Below, one piece after another: positions 58,859 through 64,000 of a stretch of 64,000 nt of DNA. Both the position numbers and the translations under genes were made by a program. The number at the start of each line of letters is the position of its first letter. Position 1 is the stretch's first letter. The notes under the pieces are model-generated. The model saw only the letters and a list, made by a program, of their open reading frames with translations. It made no database searches and was not told where the DNA came from. The stretch lies in NCBI GenBank assembly GCA_040954595.2, contig CM082581.2:10353099-10417098 (forward strand), in the 5' to 3' direction. The DNA comes from Balanoglossus misakiensis. Lineage: Eukaryota; Animalia; Hemichordata.

Positions 58859-60967
58859 TCAGGCATCAAGTGCTGGTATAGTGGTCGTCGCGTCACTGAC
58901 AGACTCGGGAGATGTGTCACGGACCGAGGGCGTGCTGCTGCAGGTTTCCAGTGCCGCCGGATCGTCACGAGCGAACACCGACGAAATATCTTCGCAGAAA
59001 GCCTCGTCAAATTCGTTGCCTCGCAGGTACCGTGTTGTCTTCAGCCTCTCAAATTGTTCAATTAACGTCGCGTCGTCCTGAAAAGTCGGAATTGGACTTG
59101 GTTGGCTCAGATCCCTCTCTGTCGGCTGGAAGACCACCTGTGAGTGAATGGGCGGCAGCAGCTGCGGTGGGCCGTACATCCGGATCTCCAAGGGAGGTAC
59201 TTCGATTTCCACCACCTCCGCCATCTGCCCGACCTCGTACGCCCTGCCCTGTCGAATTTTCCAGCTCTCTGTCTCCTGCATATAGCTGGGAACGTTCTTC
59301 GACGGTTTTGGAGGCTGTCCCGCTAGCGCGTCCTGCGACGACGTTGGCTTGGAAACGGGTTTACCTTGATCATGACCATTTGTTTGAACTCTGACGTGTA
59401 TTCGGGGGTTGGGACTAACACTTCTGGATCTTTTTCTCCGCATTACATTTAAATAAATTGTATTCGCATCATCGGGGCTGTAAGAAACGCTCCTGGTCCT
59501 TCTCGCAACAGGAAATTCCAGCGAATCGGGAGAAGACGATTTGTCCGAAGTTGATGACGTTTTGTCCGAAATTGATGACGTTTTGTTCGAAGTTGATGGC
59601 GTTTTGCCTGAGGTTGATGACGTGTGGTCCGAAGTTGGTGACGTTTTGCCTGGGGTTGATGACGTTTTACTCACAGACTGCAGCGCATCTGAGGAGCTCT
59701 CTTCGTTTTCGTTTGTGTCGGTGGCTTCTGCAGTGGCTGAATTAGGTCGCATTCCAACACGTCTCAGATCCTTGACACTGTAATTGCGAAGTTTGAGAAA
59801 AGACCGACTGGCGTCTACAAGACTTTTCCATGGTAACGGACTTCGCGCCAGTCTCCTTGCCGAAAACGGAGACGATGCTCGAAAGTCGTCGTTTTCTCCT
59901 CCAACCTTTGCGCTGTTGTCATTCACAGACGAAGAGGAGGAAGCTCCATCTCCGACACCCGGCCATTCGACTTCGGGAGACTTTGGCTGAATTATGATGG
60001 AGGGTGTTTTGTCTTCGTTGACAATTATTAATCTTTCTCCTGATTCCAGAGACTTGGTGTTTTGTTCTGTGGGTGACGCATTGTTGTCGGTTGATGTAAA
60101 CCGTTTGAATTTAGCAGTGGAATTGTTTGCATCTCCAATATTCATCGAATCTTTCACTTTCAGTTGGTCAACTTTCAGAGTTGGTAACATGGCATTTCTG
60201 GCCGTGGGATCAGTTGCAGTTTGCCAATAGGGAACGCGGTGGTGATTGCCGTTGGTCGTTGATCTGTTCAACGATGCTCCGACTTGTCCTCTCGCTAAGC
60301 CGTTCTCGTTCGCAGCTACATTTGGCCTGTGGGTTACATCCGCGGTTTGTCTACGAGTAGCAACAGCGGATTTCTGCGGAGTTGGGTTGATTTGGTCGTA
60401 CTGCTTCATCAAGGACGGCGACTTCGCTCTACTTTCGATTCCTTGGCCAAAAGTTGGTTTGGTCGTCAACAGAGCTGAACGAACAGCCTGCGTTACTGGC
60501 GTCGAATAGCGACGGGGGAGTTGTTGGCCGTCACCGTGACGTGGGTGACCATTTTCGCGGCGTGGTTCTGGAACATCCCCGGTGCTGAATTGCCGTCGTA
60601 CCGGCAACGCGGTTCTCCGCCCGGTCCCGGGGCTTCCCTTGAATTCAGAGTACCCGTTCCATCCGTACTTATTATGTAATCTGCCGCGTTTGTTAACATC
60701 GACCACCCCGGCTTGAAGTCCACCGGATTCACGTGTTTGAGTTGCGAGTGATTTGATGGTTGCCGTGTAGCTACTTACAATGTCTGCCGACTCCTCCTTC
60801 GCCCATTTCTTGATGGAGCTTCGCCTCCTTCCCAGAAGCGTTCGCCCGGGCAATTTGTCTGCACAGCCGTCGTCCAGGGTCACATCCCCGGGCATAAAAT
60901 CCGCACCTTCCCCAGAGTCGGTGATGGACCCCAGCGTGGTCGAGTTGCTTCTCTCTTTCTTTCCCAT
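58859..60967 (-). CDS. uncharacterised 702-aa disordered protein with PSYMxxTxS and LPPI...RYLR motifs; cluster gene C
   Basis: 2109-bp uninterrupted ORF. Branch-point-like CTCTAAC and acceptor ttcaattcag 13 nt upstream of the ATG; minus-strand AATAAA at ~58521-58526. Confidence 0.82.
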   Translation of the reverse strand: MGKKERSNSTTLGSITDSGEGADFMPGDVTLDDGCADKLPGRTLLGRRRSSIKKWAKEESADIVSSYTATIKSLATQTRESGGLQAGVVDVNKRGRLHNKYGWNGYSEFKGSPGTGRRTALPVRRQFSTGDVPEPRRENGHPRHGDGQQLPRRYSTPVTQAVRSALLTTKPTFGQGIESRAKSPSLMKQYDQINPTPQKSAVATRRQTADVTHRPNVAANENGLARGQVGASLNRSTTNGNHHRVPYWQTATDPTARNAMLPTLKVDQLKVKDSMNIGDANNSTAKFKRFTSTDNNASPTEQNTKSLESGERLIIVNEDKTPSIIIQPKSPEVEWPGVGDGASSSSSVNDNSAKVGGENDDFRASSPFSARRLARSPLPWKSLVDASRSFLKLRNYSVKDLRRVGMRPNSATAEATDTNENEESSSDALQSVSKTSSTPGKTSPTSDHTSSTSGKTPSTSNKTSSISDKTSSTSDKSSSPDSLEFPVARRTRSVSYSPDDANTIYLNVMRRKRSRSVSPNPRIHVRVQTNGHDQGKPVSKPTSSQDALAGQPPKPSKNVPSYMQETESWKIRQGRAYEVGQMAEVVEIEVPPLEIRMYGPPQLLPPIHSQVVFQPTERDLSQPSPIPTFQDDATLIEQFERLKTTRYLRGNEFDEAFCEDISSVFARDDPAALETCSSTPSVRDTSPESVSDATTTIPALDA
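59527..59672 (-). repeat. coding 21-bp minisatellite (7 x xKTSSTS-like heptads) in gene C
   Basis: SKTSSTP GKTSPTS DHTSSTS GKTPSTS NKTSSIS DKTSSTS DKSSSPD. Confidence 0.9.
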
Positions 60968-62046
60968 GGCAACAGACTGCCTGAATTGAATTGCTAGTTA
61001 GAGCAGGAAATGGTCGCCTGTGGAAATGACCAGTCTGGAGTCTTGACAGAATTGGTTCAGGTGCCAGAGAAGAAACTTCTAGAAACAGACTGCAAGAGTA
61101 TTGCGTTGCCACCGAATTGACCCTCTATGCAACACTTTGGTCTTGGTAACAGATAAAGATGCCGGTATCATTCACTAATATTCAGTGTGAAAGTATAGCA
61201 TCGGATAATTGTCATCACCTCATTCACACTCCATCTTGTCGGTCACAAAAGGACAAAACATAACAAAACAAAAAAGCTTCATAATGTATGCATGACTTTT
61301 TATTTCATTTGAAATTTAATTGGCTAGACTTGTCCAAGACATGAAATGCAGAGTACTTAGTTTCATCTCAAAAGCCAATGGGGGAAAAGAAAGACGGTTT
61401 AAGCATAATACCAGAGGTCACAATGTGCTCATATTCACCGATAATCTATATCCAACATGGCGTCTTAAACCGACTTTCTTGAAATGGTCACCGATATTTT
61501 GGCCCGATAATTACACTTGGAACATTATTGTTGGACAGTTTGAAGGACGTCAATTTTAAGAAAACACATTGTGGCCAAGAGGTGCGCAGTTCAAGGGTGT
61601 CTCGTGTCCATGACCGCATTTCCCCTGTAAGGTCGACCGGGTGTGTTGCAACACGCAGCAAATTACATTAGGCGATAACCAGAAAATATAAAGTGATCAT
61701 CCAGAAAAGTATGCGTCGCCATTGTTTAGCACGAAACGTCTATGCCTGGATGACGTTTTTTTTAAAGGACAACAGCAAAGAGAAATGTGTGAAGGAACTA
61801 ATGGAACGCCAGGATCGCGACATGTACGTGCTTTCGTCAGTATTGATATGTGAGGTGAGCATTGTCCCTCGTCAAGATTCGGCTAATGATGGCGAAGTTC
61901 CCCAAAGCAAAAACAAAAAACACCAAATTGGTTGAGTAGACCTGAAAGGGCGTTGACACTACACCTTGGTCATTGTCAGCTGCCGAGAAAAAGAGCCTTA
62001 TCTTGGAAAAGGGCACTGACATTGACATATGTCAGACTTAACTGGT

Positions 62047-62060
62047 GTATCCATGGAAAC
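62047..62060. promoter_or_regulatory. RFX X-box
   Basis: GTATCCATGGAAAC matches the X-box consensus GTNNCC-AT-GGNAAC. It lies between the 3' end of gene D and the start of gene C. Confidence 0.6.
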
Positions 62061-62209
62061 ACGAACCGCAGCTTGTGGCCTAAATGATTCAACAGCTAAA
62101 CTACTTGGTTTATTACCGAGTACTTGTTTTAAAATTAATGGCGACACCACATTAAATTCGACCCGTTTTGTCGATTGTCGCCGTGACCGAACCTTTGGCT
62201 GGTAAACTT

Positions 62210-63781
62210 TTAGAAGTCTCCCTGTCTTGAAGGCGTATCCCGTGGTTGCTTTTTCTGGTCAATTTCAGGATCTACAATTTCCGGCAGATACTTTCTGTGA
62301 AATCCCGGAGTTTTGATTTTGCGTCGTTCAGACGAGCGCGTGTCTCTCATATAAGTTGGTATGCTCTTGTCTTCGAATTTCCTTTGCTGAATCATAGAGG
62401 CCGACAGTTGACTCGTCACGTGAGGGAAGTATCTTGGCCCATAGCCATCGCGGTTGTTCATCCACCAGTCTATCCGGACGTATCGTTCGCTGATTTTTCG
62501 AATCCCCATTTCCGACGATCTGACCGGGAGTCCCAGTCGCTCAGCTGCTATGTATATTTTGTACACCGCCATCGGAGTCAGGGGCAACTTGATGATTGAA
62601 AATTTGCGCTTCTCGGGAGTTTGTGTGAATACGACGTGCGTTTTGCGCGGTATCAATCGATAACGATCGGACGAGTCTTCGCTTTCTGTTGAAGAGGAGC
62701 CTCCGGAGGCGGAGTCGTCACCTCGTTCCGTCAAGTTGTCAGCAACTGCCCTCTTCGAAGTTGACGCCGGCGTCTCCGTCTCCACGTCCCTTGGTGTCGG
62801 TTGCTCCTGGTCAACTCTCGGTTCCGTAGATGTTGTTGTTTCTTCAAGTCCGGCCTCGCTGACTCGCCCATCTTCATCTCCAGTCTCCCTGCCCAGGGGT
62901 CTTTGGTGCTCTATTCGCGCGACTTCTTCCTCGTCACTCGACGCGTCGCTCGGATGAGACGAAATATCCCGAGCGTTCTCGGACAGCGTAACATGCTGAC
63001 AAGACAACCCTTGGCTGATTTTGTCAATGTCTGTCAAGGAACTGCTCTTGTCTGAGTCGGGGTATGTCTTCGACTTCAATATTGCTTCAAAAATATCACT
63101 TTTTGCGCTGTTTGAATCATCGGTATCGCCGCCGCCGTCATCATCAACATCACCATCATACGATAAAGAAGAGTCACTTTCTCGGCCTTTCGAAATTTGA
63201 CCACATTTTTCTGGCCGTTCCCTTTTCTTGCCGACAAGCTTATATCTGCGTCTTTCCGATTTAAAGCCGCTGTTGTTTTCCCCTGGTCTACCCCCAAATG
63301 GCGTTGCTCTAGGAACAGGACACTTGTATTTCTTTCGTTGTAATGGCGTGGACACAGTCTTTAAATCTATACTGTCTCCTGGAGTCAGTCTTATCTCATT
63401 TCGGACTCTAGATTGAGAACGGAGACCTTTGGTCACGGGAAGCTTCGATTGTCTGATTTTAGGATCCCGCTCTTTGGTACCTTGAGTTTCATTAATGATC
63501 GGCGACTTATCTTGGCGGTGTACTTGTTCACGATCCTCTGTCGAACCCTTCAGACCACCCTTTCTTGTCGCTGGTCGCATCGGTACGGAAAGTCCAGCAG
63601 AATTCTTTGCTGCATATTTGTTTCTCTTGGTCGCACTGGCAATGTTCAGAGACGTAATGCTGAATATGTCTTCGTACTCGACAACTGCGTTTTTGGCGTC
63701 GTACAGCGAGTTCACCAACCAGCCTGGCCTTCTGCGCAACGTTCGGTCGTTCCGCTTTCGCAGGCGCGATCGGCCGTCCAT
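62210..63781 (-). CDS. uncharacterised 523-aa protein (basic N-terminus, acidic middle, C-terminal PTYMRDTRSS motif); cluster gene D
   Basis: 1572-bp ORF. 5'UTR intron 63996-63846 (GTGAGT donor, tactaat branch point, cacag acceptor); minus-strand AATAAA at 62109-62114. Confidence 0.8.
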   Translation of the reverse strand: MDGRSRLRKRNDRTLRRRPGWLVNSLYDAKNAVVEYEDIFSITSLNIASATKRNKYAAKNSAGLSVPMRPATRKGGLKGSTEDREQVHRQDKSPIINETQGTKERDPKIRQSKLPVTKGLRSQSRVRNEIRLTPGDSIDLKTVSTPLQRKKYKCPVPRATPFGGRPGENNSGFKSERRRYKLVGKKRERPEKCGQISKGRESDSSLSYDGDVDDDGGGDTDDSNSAKSDIFEAILKSKTYPDSDKSSSLTDIDKISQGLSCQHVTLSENARDISSHPSDASSDEEEVARIEHQRPLGRETGDEDGRVSEAGLEETTTSTEPRVDQEQPTPRDVETETPASTSKRAVADNLTERGDDSASGGSSSTESEDSSDRYRLIPRKTHVVFTQTPEKRKFSIIKLPLTPMAVYKIYIAAERLGLPVRSSEMGIRKISERYVRIDWWMNNRDGYGPRYFPHVTSQLSASMIQQRKFEDKSIPTYMRDTRSSERRKIKTPGFHRKYLPEIVDPEIDQKKQPRDTPSRQGDF

Positions 63782-64000
63782 AATTACTGTGTTCCCTGTG
63801 ATATGTACTGCGATATGTCAGCAGAAGTCATTGAAATCTGATCGCCTGTGATTACAGGTGTTACAGGTGTAGTGATTAGTACCTTTTGTCACGGCTGGAA
63901 GGGGATAATCATTTATCGGTGGCAGCCTCTCCCCACTAAACACTAGTTATACTTTTGACAACGACGACCTCGCATTCGGAGCGCGGCGTTACTCACCACA

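Noticed and set aside
51432-63781. Retrotransposon gag/pol or viral ORFs
   Set aside because: No CCHC knuckle, RT, integrase or transposase motifs, and no LTRs or TIRs. The ORFs have 5'UTR splice sites and downstream poly(A) signals like host genes.
51432-63996. SL trans-spliced operon
   Set aside because: Acceptors precede each ATG, but cis donors are visible for genes A and D and the intergenic gaps are 1-3 kb, so ordinary cis-splicing explains it.

Overview
Intron-rich eukaryotic genomic DNA from an animal, most likely an invertebrate deuterostome (inferred from vertebrate-like intron positions and protein similarity; the species cannot be determined). From left to right: (1) the first four coding exons of a Slit gene on the minus strand (15718-17541), followed by an apparently exon-free intron of at least 15.7 kb that runs off the left edge; (2) an 18-exon HAUS8/augmin-8-like gene (+, about 700 aa) with a long N-terminal extension and a plant QWRF-like motif; (3) NHLRC2 (-, 8 exons); (4) a near-perfect higher-order tandem array of about 7.2 kb (22 x 262-bp monomers; 988-bp unit of 3 monomers plus an extra segment) inside the divergent NHLRC2/V-ATPase-B promoter region, apparently built from promoter-type motifs (YY1, ZNF143/Staf-like, M-box, CRE); (5) a 13-exon V-ATPase subunit B gene (+); (6) a cluster of four co-oriented minus-strand genes, each with one large coding exon encoding a Ser/Arg/Pro-rich disordered protein, with short C-terminal motifs shared between members (LPPI...RYLR; P[ST]YMxxTxS) and RFX X-boxes nearby. 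The best candidates for something undescribed are the promoter-derived array and the four-gene cluster. All gene models were assembled by hand from GT-AG sites and frame continuity; no database searches were run.
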